This document shows positions 48,448 to 57,676 of a stretch of DNA of 64,000 nucleotides, piece after piece. The first letter of the stretch is position 1. Each line of letters begins with the position of its first letter. The stretch lies in NCBI GenBank assembly GCA_031400935.1, contig JANNQV010000028.1, positions 186,001-250,000 on the forward strand, written 5' to 3'. A model generated the notes under the pieces. It saw nothing but the letters and a program-made list of their open reading frames with translations, was not told the origin of the DNA and did no database searches. Source of the stretch: Armatimonadota bacterium. Its GTDB lineage: Bacteria; Armatimonadota; Fimbriimonadia; Fimbriimonadales; Fimbriimonadaceae. Both the position numbers and the translations under genes were made by a program.

Positions 48448-49798
48448 AGTGCTGAAGTTTGGAGGCACAAGTGTCGCTACACCCGAGGCTCGAAAGCTAT
48501 CTGCGATGCGGGTCATTTCGGCAGTGCAGCAAGGCTATTCGCCAGTTGTCGTTGTGAGTGCAATTGGGCGACGAGGAGCGCCGTACGCGACCGACACGCT
48601 TTTGCAAATGATCCGTGAAATTGACCCCGATGTAGAACCAGACGCGCGGGAAGTTGACCTGTTAATCGCATGCGGCGAAATTCTCAGCGCAGTTGTTTTT
48701 GCACATACGCTAAAAACTCTCGGCCAGCCTGCCCAAGCGTTTCGAGGAGGTCAAGCGGGAATTCGGACAGATGGAGTTTTTGGAAATGCCAGAATCATGG
48801 CCATTCATCCGGTCAGCCTACTTCGAAGCATCGAAAAGGGATTTGTGCCAGTGGTTTGCGGCTTTCAAGGAATCTACGTTCCTCCCGAAGGCGGCCCCGG
48901 AGGTGAACTCACTACGCTGGGCCGAGGAGGGAGCGATACGACTGCTGCCGCATTGGGAGCAGCATTAAAGGCGGAGTCGGTAGAAATTTTGACCGACGTT
49001 GACGGCGTAAAAGTCGCGGATCCTGACGCAGTTCCCGATGCGGCAACGTTAAGCCGAATCACTTATGACGAGGTTGCAGAAATCGCTCACCTTGGCGCAC
49101 GGGTAGTGCATCCTAGAGCCGCCGAAATCGCAATGAGCTACCAAATTCCACTTTGGATCAAGAATACATTTTCAGATAATCCTGGCACGGAAATAGTGAC
49201 CCGTGGCGAACTTGCAGAACGGCGACTTACTGGGGTCGCACATACGGGACAGTTGGTATATTTATCGTTCCACTTGGAGTCCATTCCAGATAGTCACCGT
49301 ACCAATTTGGAAAGCCGGATTTTTGAGATGATGGCGCGTTACGACATTAACCTCTATATGCTCAATTTGAGCCCTCTTGGAACGGGTTTTGCAGTTTCCC
49401 GAACGCAATTTCCTATGGTTCAAGAGCTTCTCGATGCACTAGTGATTCCGCTTAAAGATGGCGAACAACCAATTGTTGTGCTCATGCAACTCGGCAATAC
49501 AGAATCACAGGCAGTTACAACTCAACGAGAATTGTTAGCATCTCTTGGCAAAATCCATGTGGTTCCGGTGGAGCAAACCGAAGGCTGCACAATGGTTTCA
49601 CTAGTTGCAGCGAGCCAAATGCCAAGACCCGCACTTTTTGTCTCTGTGCTCAGAACGCTCCATGAAGCAAAAATCCCGGTCCTGCAAACCGCAGACAGCG
49701 ATTTATCCATCTCAGTTTTGGTGCCAGAAGCAGAATGTTATCGCGCCGTTCGATTGATACATGATCGCTTTGAGGGAGACGCCGGAGCCCTTCTGTAA
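48437..49798 (+). CDS. lysC: Aspartate kinase
   Basis: KFGGTSV, VVVSA, TTLGRGGSDTTA, GARVVHPRA. Confidence 0.92.
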   Translation: MAIKVLKFGGTSVATPEARKLSAMRVISAVQQGYSPVVVVSAIGRRGAPYATDTLLQMIREIDPDVEPDAREVDLLIACGEILSAVVFAHTLKTLGQPAQAFRGGQAGIRTDGVFGNARIMAIHPVSLLRSIEKGFVPVVCGFQGIYVPPEGGPGGELTTLGRGGSDTTAAALGAALKAESVEILTDVDGVKVADPDAVPDAATLSRITYDEVAEIAHLGARVVHPRAAEIAMSYQIPLWIKNTFSDNPGTEIVTRGELAERRLTGVAHTGQLVYLSFHLESIPDSHRTNLESRIFEMMARYDINLYMLNLSPLGTGFAVSRTQFPMVQELLDALVIPLKDGEQPIVVLMQLGNTESQAVTTQRELLASLGKIHVVPVEQTEGCTMVSLVAASQMPRPALFVSVLRTLHEAKIPVLQTADSDLSISVLVPEAECYRAVRLIHDRFEGDAGALL

Positions 49799-50619
49799 TG
49801 CAGATCGAATTGCCGACCAATCGTCCGGCAATTATGGGAATCCTCAATGTAACGCCCGACAGTTTCAGCGACGGCGGACTGTTTTTTGAACCAGAAATCG
49901 CCATCAAACGCGGCCTCCTGATGATCGGCGAAGGTGCCGACCTTATAGACATTGGGGGTGAATCAACACGCCCTGGCGCAAAGTCAGTTAGTATCGAAGA
50001 AGAACTGAAGCGTGTGCTGCCAGTTGTATTCGAACTCGCAAGACGAGGAGCTAGCGTTTCTATTGACACAACAAAAGCTGAAGTTGCAAGAGAGGCAATT
50101 TCTGCAGGAGCAAAGATTGTAAACGATGTTTCTGGACTTCGCGATCCAGCAATGATCGAAGTCTGTGCAGAAGCTGGTTGCACCGTTTGCATCATGCATA
50201 TGCAAGGGAAACCGGCAACAATGCAATCCAATCCACTTTACGGCGATGTTGTGCGGGATGTAAAAGAATATCTGTTTCATGCTGCAACGCTTGCCGAAAA
50301 AGAGGGCGTGAATAAAGATCGAATTTGGATAGATCCCGGCATCGGTTTCGGCAAAACTGTTGAAAATAATTGCGAGATTTTGAAGAGGCTCGATGAATTT
50401 GTTCGACTTGGCTACCCGGTCCTAGTGGGCGTATCGTGCAAGTCGTTTCTTGGCAAAATATTGGGATCAGAAAGCTCCCCGCTCCCTGCTGATCAACGAT
50501 TAGAAGCGACTCTTGCTGCCCAAGTTGTAGCTCAAACAAACGGCGCACGGATTTTGAGGGTTCACGACGTTTTGGCGGCAAAAAGGGCATCTGTGATCTG
50601 TTCGGCGATTTCGAGCTAG
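49798..50619 (+). CDS. folP: Dihydropteroate synthase
   Basis: MGILNVTPDSFSDGG, GGESTRPG, DPGIGFGK, RVHDV. Confidence 0.96.
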   Translation: MQIELPTNRPAIMGILNVTPDSFSDGGLFFEPEIAIKRGLLMIGEGADLIDIGGESTRPGAKSVSIEEELKRVLPVVFELARRGASVSIDTTKAEVAREAISAGAKIVNDVSGLRDPAMIEVCAEAGCTVCIMHMQGKPATMQSNPLYGDVVRDVKEYLFHAATLAEKEGVNKDRIWIDPGIGFGKTVENNCEILKRLDEFVRLGYPVLVGVSCKSFLGKILGSESSPLPADQRLEATLAAQVVAQTNGARILRVHDVLAAKRASVICSAISS

Positions 50620-50625
50620 TTTGAA

Positions 50626-52113
50626 TCACACTTTCTGCGTTTTCCATCGCCCACGCTTGAAGAGAATCATGCTCAAGATTCCCTGAACAAATTGAGTTGC
50701 GCTCATTGCTATCCAAGCCCCTCCAGCCCCCAATCCTAGCCCAAATGGCAATTTCCAATCAACAGCACCAAACGAAACAGTTGTCCCTGCGCCTAATGCC
50801 AACAGAATCGCCATTGGCACCCTGAGTCCCCAAAGGGAAAACAGCGTAATCCAAAGTGGTGTCTTAGTATCGCCCGCTCCCTGCATGGCTCCGAGCATGA
50901 CCATGGCATACGCAAATCCAACTTCTGTAATGCAAAGGTATCGAAGCAACACGGTCGCTTGGTGAGCGATGACCGGCTTTCCGACGATCATCAATTCCGC
51001 AATTTGAGGCGCAAAAATGAAAATGGGAACGCTCAACATCCCTGTGACAAGTGCAGCATGATGGGCCCCAAGCCAAGCGATTCGTTCTGCGCGGTCTGGC
51101 CGCTTCATTCCCAAACTTTGTCCAACCAAAGCTGCAACAGCCATCGAAAGTCCAAAGCTCGGCATGAACATGACTGATTCTATGGCAAACCCTGGTCGCA
51201 TTGCCGCAACTGCGTTTCCAGCATCCGAAGAGAACTTCAGCACAACGGTGAAAACCGCAAGCGAGGCAACTCGAAGGACAGCCATGACAGCCGTAGGAAA
51301 AGCTATGCGAACAACTCTGCGAACATACGACATCATGGGTACGGTCAATTTGAGCATATTCCCCAAAGGCGTCTTTCCAGAATAAATTAGATAGCCAATT
51401 GCACTGATCCATGCCGAAATCGAAAGAGCAGTGGCGGATCCTTGCAACCCCAAATTGAATCCAGGAATCCCGATTCCGCCGGGCCCCTGACGTGGCGGAA
51501 AGATCAAGATGAAATTCAACAGAATGTGCAGGAGTATTTGAATTCCGGAAATTACCATCGGGCTCTTGGTGTCGCCGATCCCACGCATCGAACCTGCTAG
51601 CGACTGGATGATATAGATTGCTGGCAACCCAAGAACGTAGATTCCCAGGAATTGAATCATCAGCCGCTTCCCTTCGGTTTCTCCATTTGGAAGAAACAAG
51701 TTCGCAGTAGATGGAGCAGCTAAGAATCCAACCACGGCAAGCAAGATTCCGCAACCGATTGCAACCATTACAGACTGCTTGCAAGACCGCCGAAACTCCC
51801 CAAGTTCTCCTGCGCCATAAGCTCGGCTCACTAGGGCTGTAGAAGCGGTCCCAACTGCCATGGCAAGGCTAAAAAGCAGAAACTGGATATTCGTGATTCC
51901 GCCATAAGCAACCAAAGCTGAGCGCGGCAAATGCCCGATAAATGCAGAATCGAGAAGGTTGTTTAGAACGCCAAGAGAGTTCAGCAAAACCGCCGGCCAA
52001 GCCAATTCCCAAAGGGTTCTGGAAAAATTTTCAGGCTGGTCGTCGGTCAATTCCTGCGAAACTTCAAGCTCGACGGATTGGGACAATAGAAGTTCAGGGT
52101 ACCGAAGTGGCAA
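50626..52113 (-). CDS. MATE-family efflux transporter
   Basis: LAWP...DSAFIG, RGIGDTKSP, QGAGDTKTP; 12-TM pattern. Confidence 0.92.
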   Translation of the reverse strand: MPLRYPELLLSQSVELEVSQELTDDQPENFSRTLWELAWPAVLLNSLGVLNNLLDSAFIGHLPRSALVAYGGITNIQFLLFSLAMAVGTASTALVSRAYGAGELGEFRRSCKQSVMVAIGCGILLAVVGFLAAPSTANLFLPNGETEGKRLMIQFLGIYVLGLPAIYIIQSLAGSMRGIGDTKSPMVISGIQILLHILLNFILIFPPRQGPGGIGIPGFNLGLQGSATALSISAWISAIGYLIYSGKTPLGNMLKLTVPMMSYVRRVVRIAFPTAVMAVLRVASLAVFTVVLKFSSDAGNAVAAMRPGFAIESVMFMPSFGLSMAVAALVGQSLGMKRPDRAERIAWLGAHHAALVTGMLSVPIFIFAPQIAELMIVGKPVIAHQATVLLRYLCITEVGFAYAMVMLGAMQGAGDTKTPLWITLFSLWGLRVPMAILLALGAGTTVSFGAVDWKLPFGLGLGAGGAWIAMSATQFVQGILSMILFKRGRWKTQKV

Positions 52114-52117
52114 CTAT

Positions 52118-52208
52118 TGTGGCTCGACCGTCCCGGTCGAGTGTGCCATTGGCGTCCCGCTCATTTCCGAAATGACCGGACTTCCTCGACCGGGACGGTC
52201 AAGCCACA
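52118..52208. repeat. REPIN-like element with 24-bp palindromic arms
   Basis: TGTGGCTCGACCGTCCCGGTCGAG ... CTCGACCGGGACGGTCAAGCCACA, one mismatch. Confidence 0.85.
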
Positions 52209-52241
52209 TTGCGAGAAGGGTACAACAATGACCTAGATTCT

Positions 52242-52913
52242 ATGAAATACGAAATATTGCATCAACCTTCGTTCTCTGTTGCACGGCTCATGCTGGAGCC
52301 AGGAGACACGATTCGAGCCGAATCTGGCGCTATGGTCAGCATGTCGCCAACTGTCACGATGGAAGCCAAGATGCACGGCGGCATTGGAAAAGCCATTGGA
52401 AGACTCTTTGGCGGTGAAAGCCTTTTTCAGACAACTTTCACTGCAACCCATGGGCCTGGCGAGCTACTTCTTGCACCGACTTTGCTTGGCGACATCGTTC
52501 CTGTTCAGCTTTCTAACACCGGGATGATGATCACGAGCGGATGCTTTCTTGCCAGCGAACTTTCTGTAGAACTAGAAACCAAAGCTAACTTTAAGAACTT
52601 TTTTGCAGGCGAAGGTTTGTTCTTGTTACGAGCTTCTGGGCAAGGATTTGTTCTCGTTTCCTGCTTTGGCGCGATTTACGCCGTTGATTTGCAACCAGGC
52701 CAGCCGTATATTGTAGATACTGGGCACATCGTTGCTTTTAGTGATTCCATGCAATTTGAAGTGCGAAGAGCCGCCAAGAGTTTGATCGGTTCGTTCACAT
52801 CCGGCGAAGGATTCGTGGCCCACTTTTCTGGTCCGGGCCGCCTTTATGTTCAAACACGATCACCGCAAGGATTTGGTTCTTGGATGTCTCAATTTGTTCC
52901 GAGGGGTTCGTAA
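52242..52913 (+). CDS. TIGR00266 / AIM24-family protein
   Basis: AESGAMVSMS, GGESLF, GEGLF, VDTGHIVAF, GPGRLYVQTR. Confidence 0.92.
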   Translation: MKYEILHQPSFSVARLMLEPGDTIRAESGAMVSMSPTVTMEAKMHGGIGKAIGRLFGGESLFQTTFTATHGPGELLLAPTLLGDIVPVQLSNTGMMITSGCFLASELSVELETKANFKNFFAGEGLFLLRASGQGFVLVSCFGAIYAVDLQPGQPYIVDTGHIVAFSDSMQFEVRRAAKSLIGSFTSGEGFVAHFSGPGRLYVQTRSPQGFGSWMSQFVPRGS

Positions 52914-53377
52914 TGTTGAAATCGTTTTTTCTTCTTTTGCTGACCGCTGGAACCATTGGATGCGGTACGTCTCCGGTTCCCCACCTTTCGTTTGAATCAC
53001 TAGATCAAAAAGGCAAAGTTGTTAAACTTAGCGATCTTCGCGGAAAAGTTGTTCTCTTAGACTTCTGGGCAACTTGGTGTGGGCCCTGTAAGGAATCAAA
53101 GCCCTTTATCGTGGAATTGCACGACAAATACAAATCAAAAGGGCTGTTCGTGGTCGGATTATCAAACGAGAGACGAGCCGTCGTTGAAAAGTTTGAAGAA
53201 GAGGAAACTTTAAAGTACCCAGTATTTCTAGATAACGACAATTCGGTAAATATTACTTTGAATGTCGGAGCCTATCCAACAGTCATAATTTTTGGCAAGG
53301 GTGGCGAATTGCTCTTTGAAGGGCATCCCGATGAAAAAGAGGAAATCCTTCGAATTCTCGAAGAGCATTTGAATTAA
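52913..53377 (+). CDS. TlpA-family thiol-disulfide oxidoreductase lipoprotein
   Basis: LDFWATWCGPC, cis-Pro AYPT, lipobox TIG-C. Confidence 0.92.
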   Translation: MLKSFFLLLLTAGTIGCGTSPVPHLSFESLDQKGKVVKLSDLRGKVVLLDFWATWCGPCKESKPFIVELHDKYKSKGLFVVGLSNERRAVVEKFEEEETLKYPVFLDNDNSVNITLNVGAYPTVIIFGKGGELLFEGHPDEKEEILRILEEHLN

Positions 53378-53393
53378 CAGTCTCAATTGAAAC

Positions 53394-54800
53394 TCAAAAT
53401 TCCGCGCTGCCAGGAACTCTGTAATATGGAATAACATCCCTGATGTTCTTCATTCCTGTGACATACATCAACAACCTTTCAAGTCCTAATCCGAACCCAG
53501 AATGAGGCGCACTTCCAAATTTCCTTAGGTCTAGATACCACCAATAGGCTTCTAGTGGCAGCCCCATTTCTGCGATTCTTCTTTCCAGTACATCAAGCCT
53601 TTCTTCTCGTTGAGAACCACCGATTATCTCGCCTATTCTCGGAGCTAATACGTCCATTGCTCGAACCGTTTTGTTGTCGTCGTTCAATCGCATGTAAAAC
53701 GCTTTGATGTCTTTGGGGTAATCCGTTAGAATGACGGGTCGGCCCACTTTGACTTCCGTAAGCCACCTTTCATGCTCGCTTTGCAAGTCGCATCCCCAGA
53801 AAACTGGATATTCGAATTTCTCTCCGCTCGATTCCAAAATCTTGATCGCCTCCGTGTAAGGCATTCTCTCAAAAGGCGATTCCACCACGTGTTTTAGAGT
53901 GTTGAGAAGTTCGGGTTCGATGCGCTGGTTGAAGAAGTCAAGGTCTTGGCCACAGTTATCTAGGGCATATTGAATTACGTATTTCAGGAATTCTTCGGCG
54001 AGGTTCATGTTGCCTTCGAGAGAGCAAAACGCTTGTTCCGGCTCGACCATCCAAAATTCGGCGAGATGTCTTGCTGTCGAACTATTTTCAGCACGAAACG
54101 TCGGACCGAAAGTGTAAACATTAGTCAGTCCTAGAGCCAAAGTTTCTGCTTCAAGCTGCCCTGAAACCGTGAGAAAAGCTGGCTTGCCAAAAAAATCATC
54201 TTTGTAGTCTTTGCCGCTAAGGTGAGGAATAGGGCTCCCATCTGCTCCCATTCCTGGTTCCAAGAGTGTCGAAACCGCGAACATTGAGCCTGCGCCTTCG
54301 GCGTCGCTCGCCGTGATGATTGGAGTGTGAATGTAATGAAATCCATGCTCGTGAAAAAACTTGTGGATGGCAAAACTGATTTGTGCTCGAACGCGAAAAA
54401 CGGCACCAAACGTGTTTCCGCGAACACGAAGATGTGCAATTTCTCGCAAAAACTCAAACGATGCCCCTTTCTTTTGGAGTGGATATTTTTCGGGATCGGC
54501 TTCGCCAAAAATCCCCACGCCCGTTGCCAAAAGTTCAGTTGGCTGCCCTGCTGCTGGAGACTCCACCATAGAGCCATCGAACCGAACGCATGCGCCAGTC
54601 GTTATCTTCTTTAAGGTCTCGGCTGAAATGGAACCTTCATTTACTACAACTTGCAGATCGCGAAAGCAGGATCCGTCGCTTACTTGCACAAAGCTGATTC
54701 CCTTACTGTCTCGCCGAGTCTTCACCCATCCGAATGCCTGCGCCTCGGTTCCTGGCGCAAGGTCGAAGAGGTCTTTGATGTATTGGCGACGAAAGTCCAT
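53394..54800 (-). CDS. asnS: Asparagine--tRNA ligase
   Basis: [40 protein letters not shown]. Confidence 0.96.
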   Translation of the reverse strand: MDFRRQYIKDLFDLAPGTEAQAFGWVKTRRDSKGISFVQVSDGSCFRDLQVVVNEGSISAETLKKITTGACVRFDGSMVESPAAGQPTELLATGVGIFGEADPEKYPLQKKGASFEFLREIAHLRVRGNTFGAVFRVRAQISFAIHKFFHEHGFHYIHTPIITASDAEGAGSMFAVSTLLEPGMGADGSPIPHLSGKDYKDDFFGKPAFLTVSGQLEAETLALGLTNVYTFGPTFRAENSSTARHLAEFWMVEPEQAFCSLEGNMNLAEEFLKYVIQYALDNCGQDLDFFNQRIEPELLNTLKHVVESPFERMPYTEAIKILESSGEKFEYPVFWGCDLQSEHERWLTEVKVGRPVILTDYPKDIKAFYMRLNDDNKTVRAMDVLAPRIGEIIGGSQREERLDVLERRIAEMGLPLEAYWWYLDLRKFGSAPHSGFGLGLERLLMYVTGMKNIRDVIPYYRVPGSAEF

Positions 54801-54869
54801 GGGTTCAAATTGTACCGGAGCGACAGATTGATTCAACGGTAAGCTATCCAATCCCGTAGAGTATCGGTA

Positions 54870-55097
54870 ATGGCAGTCTGGAATTTGCTAGAAAAGTTGT
54901 GGATCAAGTTGAATCGGACTTCGAAGACTTGCCACTGTTGCGGGCCGAAAAATGTGAGTTATGCCCACTACGGGGAGTTAGTGTGGTGTTGGCAAGACTG
55001 GCTTCTTATGTGCACTTGCCTTTGGGTCATTGCTTTGCCATGGTTCCTCTTCTTTAGAAAGCGAGACTACAAATGTCTTGATTGCAATGCTCATTGA
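54870..55097 (+). CDS. Small LITAF-like zinc-ribbon membrane protein
   Basis: CHCC - hydrophobic hairpin - CLDC; TAGAGT box 7 nt upstream of the ATG. Confidence 0.55.
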   Translation: MAVWNLLEKLWIKLNRTSKTCHCCGPKNVSYAHYGELVWCWQDWLLMCTCLWVIALPWFLFFRKRDYKCLDCNAH

Positions 55098-55152
55098 GAA
55101 TAGAAATTCGTGCTTCAATTCGGCTCCATCCCTGCAAAACTACGTGCAACTC

Positions 55153-55160
55153 GCCGATAA
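55153..55160 (+). promoter_or_regulatory. Putative sigma-28 (FliA/WhiG) -10 element
   Basis: Exact GCCGATAA; only a weak (G)CAAA at the -35 position. Confidence 0.45.
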
Positions 55161-55206
55161 AAAAAGTGAACTACTGCAATCGCAGTTAGGGAGTCGAGAC
55201 ACAAGT

Positions 55207-55476
55207 ATGGGTTACAGCCGCACGAATCGAGGAGATCAGACGGTCAGCATTAGTGTTGCTGGGCGAATCACAGCAATCGAAGTTCACACGCTTCGGTATT
55301 GGGAAAAAGAGTTCGCCGACATTTTGCATCCGATTCGAACCGAAGGTGGTCAGCGACGCTATCGCCCTGAGGATATTCAAACTGTATTCGTAATCAAGCG
55401 ACTTCTTCGTGACGAAATGTTTAGCATCGCCGGTGCAAAAAGGCACTTGGCAAACCAGTTTCGAGTAGCAGCGTAG
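55207..55476 (+). CDS. Short MerR-family HTH protein
   Basis: HTLRYWEKEF, RTEGGQRRY, FSIAGAK; GGGAG upstream of ATG 55207. Confidence 0.88.
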   Translation: MGYSRTNRGDQTVSISVAGRITAIEVHTLRYWEKEFADILHPIRTEGGQRRYRPEDIQTVFVIKRLLRDEMFSIAGAKRHLANQFRVAA

Positions 55477-55510
55477 CATTGCCGTCCCGGCAATGAACTC
55501 CGGAGCCACT

Positions 55511-57571
55511 ATGTCAAATTCTCATTCTGCTATCGTTCAATCTCAATCGCTATTTTCGGCGCGTAAGTATCAAGAAGCCCTTCAAGCTATTGAATTAGCC
55601 GTAACAACTGACCCAAAAGTGGGTGAACTTCAGGCTGAACTTGGACGCATACTTTGCTATTTTCAGCGAGAGAATGAGGCAGTAGATTGCCTTGAGAAAG
55701 CTTGGCCTGCATCCGGTTCCAAAGAACTTGCGGGGATTCTTGCCAACTATGTGAACTCCCGCAAAGAACTGACCCAGCGATTGGACCTACCAGACAGTAA
55801 AGGCGATGAACTCTGGAATCGAATGCAGCCATTTTGGCCCGCTTCGCCTGAGTTTGTTGGCAACAAAATTTCGGCAATTCTCATCGTCAAGAACGAGGAG
55901 AATCACCTTGAGCGATGTCTTCAAAGCATTCAAGGCGGCGTTGACGAGATTATTGTCGTTGATACAGGTTCAACCGACAAAACCGTCGAGATCGCCGAGT
56001 CATTTGGCGCGACAATCGGACACTTTGAATGGTGCAACGATTTTTCAGCAGCGAGAAACTACTCTTTGGGACTTGCCACTGGAGATTGGGCTCTCTGGAT
56101 TGATGCTGATGAGGCTGTAACACCAGAAAGCTGGAATCCGATCTATGAAGCCGTAGTTCGTCCTCACTTCGGAGGCTATTTCACCAGAATCGTCAATTTT
56201 ACAGACGAAAACGAAACGACCGAATACACTCACGCGCCAATTCGGCTATTCAGGATTGATCCGCGTGTTCGATTTACGGGTTCGATCCATGAGCAGATTT
56301 CTCCAGCGATTGATGCTCTAGCTTGGCCGACGGCACATCTGGACAAAGTCACGATTCACCACTTCGGATACAAACCAAGCGAAATCGAAGCGAAAGACAA
56401 ACTGAACCGCACAATTGACATGCTGCAAGTCGAGATTGAGAGGGAACCTAATGATTCTTTTCATTGGTTTAACCTTGCAAATGTTTATTCGGTAGCCAAA
56501 CGATATTCAGATTCAGTTGATGCTGCGAAAAAGTGCATCTCACTCATGGAGCCAAACCACATGTTCGCTTCATTGACGTATCAACTTCTGGCTGGCGGTC
56601 TGAATTCTGTGGACCAAGCCGACGCAGCAGTTGATGTAGCGCTTGAAGCAAAGCAGGCGGGCTGTTTCACCATTCTTAACCAATTTGAGCTTGCTCATTC
56701 TTACCTGTTGCTTCGCAAATTTGAAGAAGGCTTGGTAGCCATCGAAGCTTGCATGAATATGCGTTGGCTCGATGACATGACTGGCGACAGAGGTATTACG
56801 ACACACAAAAGTCATGTCTTGAAGGGACAAATTTTGTGCGAATTGAACCGCTTGGAAGAAGCAGAAACCTGTATTGACTTTGCACTTGCTATTGACCCTG
56901 CCTTTGGACTTTCAAAATTCGCAAAAGCAGTTATTCTGGAACGCAAGGGCAAACATGACGAAGCAGAAAATTGGTTCAAAAACTGTCTTTCAGACCCATC
57001 TGTCGCATGGCAATCTCTTAAGGGCTTGGGGCGAATCTCTAGTGAAAACGAGAATTGGACCGAAGCCAAAGATTATTCTTGGGCAGCATTGGAGGCTCGG
57101 CCAAATGACAAAGAAGCTTGGATCATTTGGGCAAAAGCATTGGAAGCCATCGGTGATCTTGCATTAATGATCGAGGCATATCAAGCTTACACCGAGAAGC
57201 ACGGCGACCATGCAGACGTTTTGACGAATTGGGGACGGTCTTTGGAGTCGCAAGGCGACCTGCCTGGAGCTGTTGAAAAATATCTGCTTTCTACTGAGGT
57301 GGACCCAACTTGCTCAAACGCTTGGCTCAATTTGGGCGATCTCTTGTTCAAAGCGGGTAGCTTTGGCGAAGCCGCAACGAGCTATCAAAATGCGTTGCAA
57401 ATCGAGCCTGTTCAGCCTGAAGCCTGGTTTTGCTTGGGCAATTGTTGTGGAAATCTCAACGTTTGGGAGGCTGCGGTTTCTGCATACAATCAAGCATTGA
57501 CGATTGATCCGGATCATACTGGCGCTGCGCACAATTTGGAAGTTGCTAAAGGCGAATTGACTGCGGCGTAA
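55511..57571 (+). CDS. GT2 glycosyltransferase with TPR repeats
   Basis: IVKNEE, VDTGSTD, DFSAARN, IDADE, IHEQ, HFGY; multiple TPRs. Confidence 0.92.
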   Translation: MSNSHSAIVQSQSLFSARKYQEALQAIELAVTTDPKVGELQAELGRILCYFQRENEAVDCLEKAWPASGSKELAGILANYVNSRKELTQRLDLPDSKGDELWNRMQPFWPASPEFVGNKISAILIVKNEENHLERCLQSIQGGVDEIIVVDTGSTDKTVEIAESFGATIGHFEWCNDFSAARNYSLGLATGDWALWIDADEAVTPESWNPIYEAVVRPHFGGYFTRIVNFTDENETTEYTHAPIRLFRIDPRVRFTGSIHEQISPAIDALAWPTAHLDKVTIHHFGYKPSEIEAKDKLNRTIDMLQVEIEREPNDSFHWFNLANVYSVAKRYSDSVDAAKKCISLMEPNHMFASLTYQLLAGGLNSVDQADAAVDVALEAKQAGCFTILNQFELAHSYLLLRKFEEGLVAIEACMNMRWLDDMTGDRGITTHKSHVLKGQILCELNRLEEAETCIDFALAIDPAFGLSKFAKAVILERKGKHDEAENWFKNCLSDPSVAWQSLKGLGRISSENENWTEAKDYSWAALEARPNDKEAWIIWAKALEAIGDLALMIEAYQAYTEKHGDHADVLTNWGRSLESQGDLPGAVEKYLLSTEVDPTCSNAWLNLGDLLFKAGSFGEAATSYQNALQIEPVQPEAWFCLGNCCGNLNVWEAAVSAYNQALTIDPDHTGAAHNLEVAKGELTAA

Positions 57572-57610
57572 CGCCGTGTCCAAAAATTGCTACTTCTATC
57601 CTTTCAAACA

Positions 57611-57659
57611 CATGGGACATATGGGACCCATAGGACATATAAGTCCTATATGTCCTATG
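57611..57659. repeat. Nonamer repeats (CATAGGACA-like) forming a 13-bp hairpin; possible bidirectional terminator
   Basis: CATAGGACATATA-AGTCC-TATATGTCCTATG preceded by two more nonamers; lies between convergent genes. Confidence 0.7.
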
Positions 57660-57676
57660 TTCGGACCAGCTTGGAC

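Noticed and set aside
50864..51784. 306-aa alternative-frame ORF inside the MATE gene
   Set aside because: Same-strand overlapping frame with low-information sequence and no recognisable domain.
55440..55476. tmRNA tag reading frame (ANQFRVAA)
   Set aside because: It is the C-terminus of a MerR ORF, and no tmRNA tRNA-like ends were found nearby.
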